From Guillardia theta CCMP2712 (taxonomy: Eukaryota; Protista; Cryptophyta), in assembly GCF_000315625.1 (NCBI RefSeq), contig NW_005434653.1:630638-694637 (forward strand): 64,000 nucleotides of DNA, read 5' to 3'. The notes under the pieces were generated by a model. It ran no database searches. It was given only the letters and a program-made list of their open reading frames with translations, and was not told the DNA's origin. The stretch's first letter is position 1. Every line of letters starts with the position of its first letter. Shown in pieces: positions 23,685 through 35,389 of the stretch. The position numbers and the translations under genes were made by a program.

Positions 23685-25051
23685 ATGGGCGAAAATCAAG
23701 ACTCTTCCAGACAAGTGTCGGTGAGGACGAGCAGGAAGGAAAGGGAATGACACGGTTCTCAGGCTGGAACGAGCGGAGGGGCGATAGTGGCTGAAGGGGG
23801 AGCGAAGCTAAGGTATCGGCTTGGGGGATGCGTTGGAGAAGGAGCGACGGGGAAAGTTTACGTGGGTCTCAACGTGTCAACGGGCGATTTGCTCGCAGTC
23901 AAACAGATCCACTTTGACAACATCACTCGCGACGAGGTGCGGTCGTATCGTATCTGATTTCCCTCCTCCTGCGCCTGGCTCTCCTCACACACCCCGCTCC
24001 CTGCTCCCTGATCGATGTGCTCTCCTTTTCCCTCAAACAAGTTGTCTTCCACTTTGCTCAAACGCTCTGAGCGTGTCGTTGCGTGCAGTTGGCTGCCATC
24101 GAACAGGAAATCCTCTTGCTACAGAAGCTTCGGCATGATCACGTCGGTGAGATGGAGGGGCTGAGAGAGGAGCTGAAAGAGGAGCTGAGCCGCTCTCAGT
24201 CTCATACATCGCCATCGACATCACTGACACCAACCTCAACATCCTCATGGAGTTTTGTCCGGGCGGGAGCGTCGCTCACCTTCTCAAGGCCTTTGGAGCT
24301 CTCGAAGAAGAAGTCTTGCGAGCTTACACTCGTCAGATCATTGAAGGCCTCGATTTCCTCCATCAAAATCAAGTCGTGCACCGGGACATCAAGGCAGCTT
24401 TCCCTCTCCTCTGCTTGTCTCCCCTCTGTTTTCTGTTCTCATTTCTTTGTTTGTCTCTCAGGGTGCCAACGTCCTGGTGGCTCACAACGGAGTTTTGAAG
24501 ATCGCAGACTTCGGGGCGACTATGGTGCTCACGGGGAACAAAACGATGACCGAGGATGGGAAGCAGATCCAAGGAACTCCTTACTGGCATGCCTTCGTCC
24601 ACGCCCAAGGACCGTTCTAAACCTCGCGAGCAGGATGGCACCGGAAGTCATCAAGCAGGAGGCGTACGGGAGGAAGGCGGATGTTTGGTCCCTGGGCATG
24701 ACTGTCTGTGACTTGTGGATCTTCTGCATCCTCTGAGAGGTATCAGGTGTTGGAGATGGCGACGGCAAAGCATCCTTGGGAGAAGTTCAACAACAAGTTT
24801 GCGTGAGCGCTGCTGAGAGTTTAGCTGGAGTGTTGTGAATGTCATGCAGGGCGATGACGGAGATCGCGTCGGGCTCTTCCCTCCCTGATGTCCCTTCACA
24901 CCTCTCGCCCTCGTGCAAGGATTTCATCCTCTGCTGCATTCAGAGGTGACGCGTGAGAGGGGCTGAGGACGGCTGACGTGGGAGCAGGGACGTATCCAAG
25001 AGAGCCTACTGCTACGACCTGATCAAACACGACTGGCTCGTTGCCCGCTGA
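23685..25051 (+). CDS. STE11/MEKK-type (MAP3K-like) Ser/Thr kinase, essentially catalytic domain only, many introns
   Basis: Spliced motifs GEGATGKVY, LLAVKQI, EQEI, LMEFCPGGS, YTRQI, HRDIKGAN, DFG, GTPYWMAPE, ADVWSLG. Confidence 0.92.
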
Positions 25052-25119
25052 TCTTCTATTACTCTTGCGCAAAGAGATGCTGCTGGTACTGCTCACGCCG
25101 CTTCCGTTCCCTCACACAC

Positions 25120-26250
25120 CCGTCAGTACCACATCTCATGCAGCACGCGGAACCTCGGGAGGTAGAAGACCCAACTTCCGCATTGCAGCTCGTTTGCGTT
25201 CCTGGCTGACGTGTGACATGGAGGGAAAGGGAGTGAGAGGGCTGGGCGTCACCTTGGAGTGGAGGGGGTTCTTCTTTGGGGGGACACGAAGAGGAGTATC
25301 TGCGCGTATTCGTCAAGTGGTTGAGGCAAGAAAGAAACCTCACCAAGGCTGGGCGCCCTTCTCTTCCCTCCCTTGCTCATGCTCGTGCTTTCCTTCGCCA
25401 TCCGCATCTGTGCCATGACGTCACCCTTGTCATCCAACGGCTGCATCAACCGCTTCGGGGATCGTCCCCGTCGCCATCGCAGCCTTGGCATACTCGATGG
25501 CCTCTGCCAGCTGCCTGTCGCTGGAGGAGCCAGTCATGCCAGCAGCAGGAGGACGCGTCTACCTGATGCGCTTGGGAATGCTCGCGCTTGTGAAGGCGGA
25601 GAGGCGATCTCGGCTCACTGTATGTCTGCTCGAGACACCATGAGGTTTGAAGCAGCGCAAAGCGAGCTCGCACATGGCAGCGTCCTGGAAGCAGAAGAGC
25701 TTGAACTGCCGGTCACATCAGCTTCGCAGGAGCCTCCATGGCTTCGCTTGCCTTCTTGCTGTAAGGGTTCTTGAGCGATCCTTGGATCAGGATGCCTGGC
25801 CATGCAGCGCTATCTTTCACCTGCAGACTGTCAAGGGATGGGAAGGAGAGCGTGCATTTAACCCGAGCCCAGACCACTTCCAGGGGAGGAGGCCTCCTCA
25901 GCCTTGCGCCTCCGATCTACATGCATCTTAGGTTGGACAGACGTGAAGAGGAGAGAGGAACTTCAATCCATTCATCTTCCTCTTCTGTTCCTCCCACATA
26001 ATGAACAAGAACCTGCGAGGAATGGTTGGCCAACATCACCACACCTTCAAACCCATCTCACCGAGTCTCCCTCGCGCGCCTTGATGTTGGCATCCCACCA
26101 TTCCCCGTCGAACTCAACCTCCACTGCGAATCCCTGCCCTTGTTTCAACTGCGACAACTCCAGAAAAGCGCAAACACACCACTTGCCACGGGTCCTCAGA
26201 GTTTGGTAGAGAGGATTCGGATCCTCCGTCCTCTCCCTCGCCTGTTCCAT
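25120..26250 (-). CDS. Hypothetical protein with Tudor/Agenet-like barrel; boundaries approximate
   Basis: VEVEFDGEWWDANI...[intron]...LVHYVGGTEEEDEWI pattern typical of Tudor/chromo-barrel domains. Confidence 0.5.
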
Positions 26251-26733
26251 CTCTGGCTTCGGCTGCTTTCTTCCCTCTCCCCTCTTCCCTCTCCCCTAGT
26301 CCATGTTCGTGTTCCTGTCGCTGTTCATTCCCTTCGTTGACTCTGCTATCCCCCCCATCTCCGTCTCTCTCTCCCTCGTCTTCTGCTGTCACTCCCGCCA
26401 TGTCGTCTCCTTTCTCCGTCGCCATCCCTTCCGCCTGCACCAACTAGTAGGGCTCAGGTAGGGCTCAAGGCTGGGAGTGGACGGGCGCGGGCCCGGCCGG
26501 CGTTGCCCGGCCCGGCATTGGCAGCCTGACTCCGAGGCAGCAGCACTGTGCCAGTGTAACTAGAGTCCGGCGAGCCGCTGCTCAGCGGCTAGTACTGTCA
26601 CGCCAACGACATGACAGTACTCAAGTTTGTGTTGAAGGTGTGTGTGTATGTGCGTATGTGTGACTGTATGCTTGACTCTGATCATCTTTTACTGCTATGA
26701 AGCCGTTCAAACGGTTCAGCCCGGCCCGACATG

Positions 26734-27561
26734 TCACATGGAGCGAGTTGGATCCCAGCCGGTGGTCATGTAGCAGTCCCAAGACTTCATCTTCACCAGA
26801 TCCTCCTCGGACAGTTCAAACGAGTCCACCTGCATGTTCTCCTTTATCCTCGCGGGGTTCGTCGATTTCGGTATGGTCACAAAGCCCTGTTGCAGCGACC
26901 ACTTGATGAGCACTTGCGCTGGCGTACACTTGTGCTTGCTTGCCAGGGTGAGAACCTCTGCGTCTGCCATCTTGGAGGCCTTTGCTAAGGGCGAGTATGC
27001 TGTCAGCACGATCCCTTTCTCCGTGCAATACGCCACCAGCTCCTTCCGAGCCAGCCACGGGTGCAACTCTACCTGGTTGGTAGCCGGCAGAGTCTTGAAG
27101 TGCTTCTCTAACTCCTCCAAGTGGTGTATCCCATAGTTGCTCACTCCTATGCTTCGAGCTAGTCCTGCGGCCTTGGCGTCTTCGAGAGCTCGCCACTGCT
27201 CTAGACGGTTCTTCTTGTCGTTGGGAGAGTGGATGAGGTACATGTCGACATAGTCCATCCCGAGCCTCCTCAGCGAGTCCTTGAGCGCCTTCATCGTTCC
27301 CTCATAGTCATATCCCGACGCTCCCATGCTCGCAAGCTTAGTAGTTACAAACACTTGTTCGCGCGGCAGCCCAGACGCGCGGATCGCCTCCCCCACGCTC
27401 TCCTCGTTGCGGTAGTAGGCGGCTGTGTCGATGTGGCGGTAGCCCAACTGTAGGGCTGTGAGCACAGCATGGAAGGTGGTGGGTCCAGGTTCAGAGCGGA
27501 AGACTCCCAGCCCCAGGCGCGGCATGCTCCTCCCGTCGTTGAGAATCTTCGCCCCCTGCAT
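26734..27561 (-). CDS. Aldo/keto reductase (2,5-DKG reductase-like), no introns seen
   Basis: GLGVF, GYRHIDTAAYY, FVTTKL, DMYLIHSP, SIGVSNY, NQVELHP, AYSPL, IPKS. Confidence 0.95.
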   Translation of the reverse strand: MQGAKILNDGRSMPRLGLGVFRSEPGPTTFHAVLTALQLGYRHIDTAAYYRNEESVGEAIRASGLPREQVFVTTKLASMGASGYDYEGTMKALKDSLRRLGMDYVDMYLIHSPNDKKNRLEQWRALEDAKAAGLARSIGVSNYGIHHLEELEKHFKTLPATNQVELHPWLARKELVAYCTEKGIVLTAYSPLAKASKMADAEVLTLASKHKCTPAQVLIKWSLQQGFVTIPKSTNPARIKENMQVDSFELSEEDLVKMKSWDCYMTTGWDPTRSM

Positions 27562-27679
27562 CCTTGCGACAAAGTAGGACCCCTCATCCCCTCTCACCCC
27601 TTCAGAGGAAAACAGAAACAAAGCGAACGCTTACAAGGCAAAGGGCACTAGGATCTAGGATGGGACCTTGCCTCCTGCC

Positions 27680-27965
27680 TCCTGCTCCTGCTCGCTTCTC
27701 CCTGCTCCCTGCTCGCTTCTCCCTTCTCCCTTCTCCCTTCTCCCTTCTCCCTTCTCCCTTCTCCCTTCTCCCTTCTCCCTTCTCCCTTCTCCCTTCTCCC
27801 TTCTCCCTTCTCCCTTCTCCCTTCTCCCTTCTCCCTTCTCCCTTCTCCCTTCTCCCTGCTCGCTTCTCCCTGCTCCCTTCTCCCTTCTCCCTGCTCCCTG
27901 CTCCCTGCTCCCTGCTCCCTTCTCTCTTCTCTCTTCTCTCTTTTCCCTGCTCCCTGCTCCCTGCT
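27680..27965. repeat. Microsatellite (TTCTCCC)n/(CTCCCTG)n
   Basis: Direct observation. Confidence 0.9.
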
Positions 27966-28176
27966 CCAGCTGGTGCTGGTGCTGGTTCCCTTAGTCTAGG
28001 GTTGCGCTGACGCTGTTCGTTGTCTGAGATGACTGCTTCGTAATGGGTATCATTGTTTTCCTGGCTAGCAGCATAAGGTTTCTGTATTCTCTCAAGTCTC
28101 TCGAGCTTAAATTGCTGGATAGAGCATGAGACAGCGAGGGTGAGCGTTAGAATGAGGGGGGGGAGAGGTAGACGGA

Positions 28177-28305
28177 GGACAAGGAGAGCGGGAGAGAAGG
28201 ACAAGGAGAGCGAGAAGGACAAGGAGAGCGGGAGAGAAGGACAAGGAGAGCGGGAGAGAAGGACAAGGAGAGCGGGAGAGAAGGACAAGGAGAGCGGGAG
28301 AGAAG
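28177..28305. repeat. Minisatellite with unit GGACAAGGAGAGCGGGAGAGAA
   Basis: About six tandem copies, one shortened. Confidence 0.85.
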
Positions 28306-28349
28306 CGTCTTCATGGGCTTGGAGGCAGGTTACATGTGTTGTTTCAGAT

Positions 28350-31300
28350 GTCAGCGCAACCAGAGCTTCTTCCTGCATGCCTCGTTCCTCGACACTACGA
28401 CCTCGATATCGACGTGAACCTCAGCGAGTTTGTGTTTGCTGGGAGAGTGGTGCTGCCTCGTGATGGCAACCAGCGAGACTGACAGCGAGACAGCAAATCA
28501 CGGCTGAGGTGAAGGAGGAGACAGACGTGATCGTGCTACATGCTCTTGACATCACCATCAAATCGGTTCAAGTCACTTCCTCCGATGGCTCAGGTCGAAA
28601 CTTCATTGCTCGGACTTCCTCTCCCCTCCTTCTCCTCGGCTCCTTTTCCCTTCCTCTTGGCCTCTGCTCGCTAACCCAGTCTGACCTCGTCTCACGCCAC
28701 CTTTCAGTCACTCGGCCCATCAGTCAGCCGCTGATCTCGCTCGCGCAGGCAAGCCTCACCTGCTCTTTCTGTCTATCTCAGACTGCATACAACCGGCTAC
28801 ATACCCCCCTATGTCCCCCCCTGCCCTCCCTGCCCCTCCCCTTCTCTGAGCCTTGGTCAGACTCAACCGCGAAAGCTTCACAAGTGCGACGGCGTCACCT
28901 CATTCTCTGAGGTCTTCGACTCGCCTGCATCTCCAGCTGACGCAGCTCAGGACACCATCTCCATCCAGCTGGAGCGGAAGCTTGCGTGTGGTGAGGTTGT
29001 GCTGGACCTGAGCTACGACGGGGAGCTCAACAGCAACATGTGCGGCTTCTACAGGTGAAGCTGGAGGAGATGGGGGGGAGCTGAAGGAGCAGCAGGTCTA
29101 AGGCGCTCATAGACGGGAAGGAGGAGTACATGGCCGTGACGCAGCACGAGCCGACGGACTGCCGGTGAGCTGGTCCCCTGCTGGCGGGGCAGTCACTGCT
29201 CCTCATGCAGACGAACTCTTCCTTGCTTCGACGAGCCGGCGCTGAAAGCTTCCTTCGACGTGACGCTGCGAGTGCCTGCACACCTGACGGCTTTGAGCAA
29301 CATGCCCGTGAAGGTGAGAGACTAGAGGGCTGCCGACTGTCTCCTGTCCTCCATCCTCCCCTCCTCACTGCTCACTCGCTCTCCCACAGGACGAGATTGT
29401 AGAGGCTGATCGCAAAGTCGTTCGGTTTGAACGCACTCCTCGCATGTCGACGTATCTCCTCGCCATGGTGACCTTCTCTCGTCGCCTTCCCCCCCTCATC
29501 TCCGCCTCAGGCTGTCGGACGACTGGAGCACGTGGAGGGAACGACCAAGAAAGGAGTCAAGTACCGAGTCTACGCTTGCCCTGGTCGCCCCCCCCCCCCC
29601 CCTCCACGTTTTCTCTTCTCATTGACTGCGTGGCAGGTGTGACGAATCAATGTCTCTTTGCCCTCGATGTTGGCATGAAGGTTTCAGTCCCCACAAGCTC
29701 CTCATGTTCCCCGTCCACTTCTTTCTGCTACCTCCACCTCCACCTCCACCTCCACCTCCACCTCCACCTCCACCTCCACCTCCACCTCCACCTCCACCTC
29801 CACCTCTCCCTCACCCTCTACCTCTCTCTCACCCTCCACCTCCACCTCTCCCTCACCCTGGCTCTCGTCAGGTCCTCGACTTCTTTTCCGATTACTTCGG
29901 TATTTCCTATCCGCTTCCAAAGCTCGACATGGTGAGCATGTGAAGCTTTCAGCTGTTTCCTCGCCAGCTCACGAGCTCTCAGATCGCTCTGCCTGACTTC
30001 GCTGCCGGCGCAATGGAGAACTGGGGGCTCATCACGTACAGAGAGGCGAACCTGCTGATCGATGAGGTTAACAGGTGTGGCTCCTTGCCCACCCTCCCGC
30101 CTCCCGCCTCCTCCCTCCTCGTCTTCCTCCCTCCTCTTCGCTACCCCCCCTCCTCCTTCCGTCTTCTCACGCTCGGCTCTTCTCAGTCCTCTCGTCACGA
30201 AGCAGCGGGTGGCGTACGTGGTGGCGCACGAGCTGGCGCATCAGTGGTTCGGGAACCTGGTGACGATGAGCTGGTGGACGGACCTCTGGCTCAACGAAGG
30301 CTTCGCCACCTGGGTTGGCAACTTCGCCGTCGATCATCTCTACAAGCACTGGGACATCTGGACCCAGTTTGTGAACCAGTACGCCGGCAGAGCACTGCAG
30401 CTGGACGCGCTGGAGACGTCGCACGCGATCGAGGTGGAGGTGAAGAGGTCGGGGGAGGTGAACGAGATCTTCGACGAGATCAGCTACTGCAAGGGCGCCG
30501 CCTGCATCATGATGCTAACCTCCTTCCTCGGCATGCCCTCCTTCCGCTCCGGCATCTCCTCCTACCTCAACAAGTTCCAGTACGGCAACGCGAGCACGCG
30601 AGACCTCTGGGAGTCGCTGACGGAGGCGTCGGGCAAGGACGTGGAGAAGTTCATGGGGCCGTGGACGAGGAACGTCGGATACCCGGTCGTCTTCCTCTCT
30701 CGCTCCTCCGGGAAACTCTCCTTCGCCGTCGAGCGCTTCCTCGCCACCGGCAAGGAGGCGCCGGGAAGTGATTGGTGGGTGCCTATGCGGGTGCTGCATT
30801 CGTCGGGGAAGGAGGAGCTGCTCGACATCAAGGGGAAGACGCTGGAGGTGGAGGATGCGGAGGGAGGAGGATGGGTCAAGGGAAACCTCCACCAAACCGC
30901 CTTCTTCCGTATTCGCTACGATGACGCCCTTCTCGCCCTCCTCGGCCCTGCCATCAGCGAGCTTCGCTTGTCTCCCTCGGACAGGCTTGGCGTCCAGGCA
31001 GATGCCTTCGCGTTGGCTCGAGCAGGCAAGATGAGGACCGACCGTGCGCTGGCGCTGGCGATGGAGTACGAGGAGGAGGAGGACTTCACGGTGTGGGCTG
31101 ACTTGCTTGGTTCGCTGGCGGATGTGATGAGCACATGGGCAAAAGAGGCGGAGTACGAGGGGCTGCAGCAGATGATGGTGAAGCTGCTGCAGAAGATCAT
31201 GAAGAAAGTTGGATGGGAGGCGAAGGACGGGGAAGGCGCGCTCTTCCCCATGCTCCGCCCCCTCGTGATCCTCAACCTCGGGCGGAATGGCGACGAGGAG

Positions 31301-32254
31301 GTGGCGGCGGAAGCGAGGAGGAGGATGAAGGGCGGGTGGAAGAGCGTTGCAGCGGATCTTAGGTACGCAGTCTACGCGACAGTGGTGGGGACAGGAGGAG
31401 CAGAAGAGTTCGAGGTGGTGAAGCGAGTGTTCCTCGAGGCGGAGATGTCGGACGAGAGGAACCGAGCCATGCGCGCCCTCTGCGCTACTAGGGAGGAGAA
31501 GCTGATGGACCAGGTGCTGGCCATGACCCTCGACGGTTCCATCCGATCTCAAGACGTCTTCTACGTTTTCGGCAGCCTTTCTGCCAACAGGTGATGATGA
31601 TCAATAATGATGATGATGATGATGATCAATAATGATGATGATGATGATGATGATGAGGAACACCTAGCTGCAAGATAGGTCTAACTGTAATCAGGGTGGG
31701 GATGGACGTTGCCTGGCGCTTCTTGCAAGCGAACTGGAGCAAGATCTCAGGTGAAGGAGAGGAGAAGGGCGTCGAGACTGAAGGCATGCAGGCATGTTCC
31801 CTTCCGGGCAGCCGCCACTTGCTCGCATCATCAAGACAACCGTCAGGTCTTCCTGCTGCTGCAAAGCTGCGTCTTACGGTTGTCTCAGCTCGTTCGCATC
31901 TGAGGAGCGCGCAGCTGAGGTGGAGGCTTTCTTTGCAGACAAGGTGAGGGCATGAGAGAGCGGGAGAGGAGGAGGAGGAGGAGAACCAGAAGGTTGACAG
32001 GAGGGGATGCGGAGGGTCAGAAGGGGGCAGGCGAGGCTGAACATCCCGGCAGGAGACTCCAGGAGCGGAGATGTCGCTGAAGCAGGCGCTTGAGACCATC
32101 CGGATGAATGTGAGCGTCTTGTCATCTCCTCCTCCTCCTCTGACTGCTTGCAGGCTGCATGGCTGCAGCGAGATCGGGTAGAGTGTGAGGGGGGCAGGGA
32201 GCGCGTGACGATGACGTGCAGGACGTGGTGGGAAGTTGGCTGGCCTCCAAGTAG
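28350..32254 (+). CDS. M1 family aminopeptidase (puromycin-sensitive aminopeptidase-like); start uncertain
   Basis: [39 protein letters not shown]...WLNEGFA (HEXXH-18-E), [13 protein letters not shown]1-like C-terminal domain. Confidence 0.95.
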
Positions 32255-32525
32255 TTGGACCCCAGGTGGAGGGAGAAGCCCTCGCTTCACTGAGAGTGTA
32301 GGAGAGGACAAGGCAGAAAGATTGGATCCTGAAACCGTGTCGGAAGCCTGCAAGAGGAATGACAATCAGCAGCAGCAGCAGCAGATGATGATGATGATGA
32401 TGATGATGACGACGACGACGATTGTCATGATGATTGTCATGGTGATTGTGATATGATGATGACGACAATTAGACGTTACCCAAAGGCCTTGAATACGAAC
32501 TCATATCTATCTAGCTGCGTTTTCG

Positions 32526-34016
32526 TCAATTCGTTTTCTCTTTGCATGCAAAGTCACTCACCCTCTCTTGGGTGAATTCGAGCTTCACGTCCTCCAGCAG
32601 CTCTCGGGCTGCCTTGGAGTTCTTCTGCGAGTCTTCGCTCATGATCTGCTGCAGCCTCGCCATCATCTCCTCGTGCACTTGTAGCCCGCAGAGCTCAAAC
32701 AGCGCCTCCGCCACCGCCTGCGGCTTCGCCACCATCTCGTCGTACTTGAGGGAGCGGATCCACCCGTCGCTCTTGTGCAGCAAGTCCAGCCCCCAGCGCA
32801 TCATGCTCGTCCAGAACACGCAGACGTCCATGGCTGGCGCGTGCATGGTGCGACAGAAGCCGAGCGAGGTCAGCCAGGCGAGACGTCGCGGCACCAGCGC
32901 GAACCAGCGCCATCGCATCTGCCAGCACTGCCTCCAGAGCGCGTGATCGCGAGAGCTGCGCATGCTCACCCATAGGAGGACGAGCTGGTCCTTGAGCGAG
33001 TAGAGCCGCCAGTGTGGCTTGAGCTTCTCAACATAGGGATCGTTGTTGATGCTGAAGGTCTTGAAGAAGGAGGCGACAGAGGGCTTAGCATCGCGATAGA
33101 GAAAGATTGCCTTGGAATCCGGGAACGAATCGCGGAAGGTTTCAGCCTTCAGGAGCGTGTAAGGAACCGGTGAGGACGAGGAGAGAAGAGTAAAGGAGAG
33201 GAGAGGAGAGGAGAGGAGAGGAGAGGAGAGAGGATTTACCAAGCACATTGATGTCGTGATGGTCTTGATACAGACTACTTGCTGCCCTATGAAGTCCTTA
33301 AGCATCAACTTCGTTACGGCCTCCATCAGTTGCCGCGTATCCTTTCTGCCATAATCGCCACAATCCGGGCGGGCATGCGAGGGAGCGAGGAGGCGAGACA
33401 AGTTGAAGAGCGCGGCAGGCTCGGAGATGGTCACCACGCTCGGGTGAAGGTGAAGCAGCTGCGTGAGGAGCGTCGAGCCGCATCGCCCCGGGCTCCAGAT
33501 CATGACGATGCGACATGAGGGAGGAGGCAGATGCTGGGCCACTCGGAGGACTTTGCTGATGGGAACCGAAATGTGAGCTATCGCTTGATCGCTCTGTGCG
33601 ATCGCAAAGAAGGGGAACTGCTTCGGGTCATAAAGGTTCAGCCCTGGCTTGGTGATCATGAACTGAACATGCGTAAAGAATTGACCCCTTCCGAGCTCGC
33701 CACTCCCGAAGCCATGGATAGTGACGTTGCGCCTCTTCAACAAGCTGCGAAAGGTCTCTTCAGAAATTTCCATTTCGATGGGAGCGAAGCGAGAGGATTT
33801 CGCTTCCTTGACCCTGGAAATCCATCGTTCAAGCTTGGATGCAGACAGCACCCTCATTCCTTCCCACGACGTCACGTGCAACACGATCTTCTCCTTGTCC
33901 CGTCTCCCTCTAGCCACCTGCGCCTGCATGCGCCTCCATCCCACCATCGCCACCACCGTCGCCGCCCCCACCGCTACCCATCTTAGCATGACAAGGAGCA
34001 GGCAGAATCCGAACAT
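32526..34016 (-). CDS. Sulfotransferase-like P-loop protein with N-terminal membrane anchor (probable intron ~33150-33240)
   Basis: 5'-PSB-like SPGRCGSTLL, ISEP, 3'-PB-like IFLYRD...S, KYDEMVAKP; hydrophobic N-terminus. Confidence 0.7.
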   Translation of the reverse strand: MFGFCLLLVMLRWVAVGAATVVAMVGWRRMQAQVARGRRDKEKIVLHVTSWEGMRVLSASKLERWISRVKEAKSSRFAPIEMEISEETFRSLLKRRNVTIHGFGSGELGRGQFFTHVQFMITKPGLNLYDPKQFPFFAIAQSDQAIAHISVPISKVLRVAQHLPPPSCRIVMIWSPGRCGSTLLTQLLHLHPSVVTISEPAALFNLSRLLAPSHARPDCGDYGRKDTRQLMEAVTKLMLKDFIGQQVVCIKTITTSMCLVNPLSSPLLSSPLLSFTLLSSSSPVPYTLLKAETFRDSFPDSKAIFLYRDAKPSVASFFKTFSINNDPYVEKLKPHWRLYSLKDQLVLLWVSMRSSRDHALWRQCWQMRWRWFALVPRRLAWLTSLGFCRTMHAPAMDVCVFWTSMMRWGLDLLHKSDGWIRSLKYDEMVAKPQAVAEALFELCGLQVHEEMMARLQQIMSEDSQKNSKAARELLEDVKLEFTQERVSDFACKEKTN

Positions 34017-34308
34017 GACCCTCCCCCTTCCCCACTAAGTACCCACCCCTCTACCAAGTACCCACCCCTTCCATATCATGACCACCCCTGCAAAGCCCTC
34101 TCGCTCTATTTCGAGTGAATGACCTACCCCGGTACTCCCTAGGCCAGCAGCTGGGCCCGCCTCGGACTCAACTCTGAGGCAGACTCGACAACCTTGCTTT
34201 CTCCCATGCTTGTGGAACCGGTCTGAACATGCAGGGGCGAGGAGGAGGAGGAGGAGGAGGAGGAGGAGGAGGAGGACGGGGGAAAGAAGCGCGAGGAAAA
34301 GGGGAAGG

Positions 34309-35348
34309 ATGCGAACGAAGAAGAGGATTCGCTCATCATGGGCGAATAGCTGTTCTCAGATGCGGCAAAGGTGGTCGAGGACGAGAGCAGCTAGCTCTCG
34401 CATTTGGACTCTCTCTCCTCGCAGTAGAGGGAGGAGTGGGAGGAAGGTGGGAGGCAGGTCGGTCAATCTCATGGAGAAACGACATCTGTTGCTGCTCTCG
34501 CCGAGGAGTTGTAGAGGAAGCACCGATTCACAGGTCACAAAGAAGCGTCTGGTTGGAGGTAGACAGGGGGCGCGAGCAAGGTGGAGGTGGAGGATTATTG
34601 CTGGACAGGAGGAGGGGCGGGGGAGACGCGGCATGCCTGGAAGGTGAAGGTCAAACCAGAGCAGATGAAGAGCCTCAACGACATGGACGCAGGTAGCGAA
34701 AGGAATGAGCGCGTGGACGCGTGGGAGCAGCATGTGTCGAAACGATTCGGACGCAAGTACTGGTTCAACAAGGTGAGGCCTCGCGTGTTGTCGGGTCGCT
34801 AAGAGCTGGTGAAGCTGACAGGAGAAACAAGATGGAAGGCTCCTCGACAAGAGGATGAGAACCCCAGGAAGAAAGCGAGAACCTCAAGCGATGAGGCCAA
34901 GGAGGAGATGGCTCGCAACCAGTCGCTGGATCGTGAGTCGACGGTGAACGAGGAGAGCTCTTGGCTCCTGCCGTCAACCGAGCTCTTCGAGCAGTTGAAT
35001 CACTACCAGAAGAAGCTGTGCTGCCATGCTCGCGCCTCGAGCTTCGCTGACTTGCTCCTGTCAGGCGAGGGGAGGGCATCACCGAGACCAACCAGACAGG
35101 TGCGTCCATCGCCTTGTCTCCTCTCCTGGCGGCTCCTGACACCGGAGGCTTAAGGGGTGTGGAAGCTTCACTTCTCGAGGAGCCGAGGTCAGCACTTCTG
35201 GTTCAACAAGGTGACGCCAGCCCGCTGCCTCTCGTCGCTCACGCCTGCAGGTGACGGGGGAGGCTCGTTGGAATCATCCCAACGAGACCTTCTCCAGCCC
35301 TCTCGCAAACAGCTCGGAGCTGCTCAACGGGACGGAAGCAGAGGCTGA
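34309..35348 (+). CDS. WW-domain protein (two WW domains); start uncertain
   Basis: WEQHVSKRFGRKYWFNK..TGETRWKAP and WKLHFSRSRGQHFWFNK..TGEARWNHP after splicing. Confidence 0.7.
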
Positions 35349-35389
35349 GCAAGACACGTGCGATGCCTGCCATGGCTTGTCGGCATGTA

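Noticed and set aside
30515-31552. 345-aa minus-strand ORF (likewise 38681-39427 and 54660-55616)
   Set aside because: Antisense to well-supported aminopeptidase, PAH and cyclin genes.
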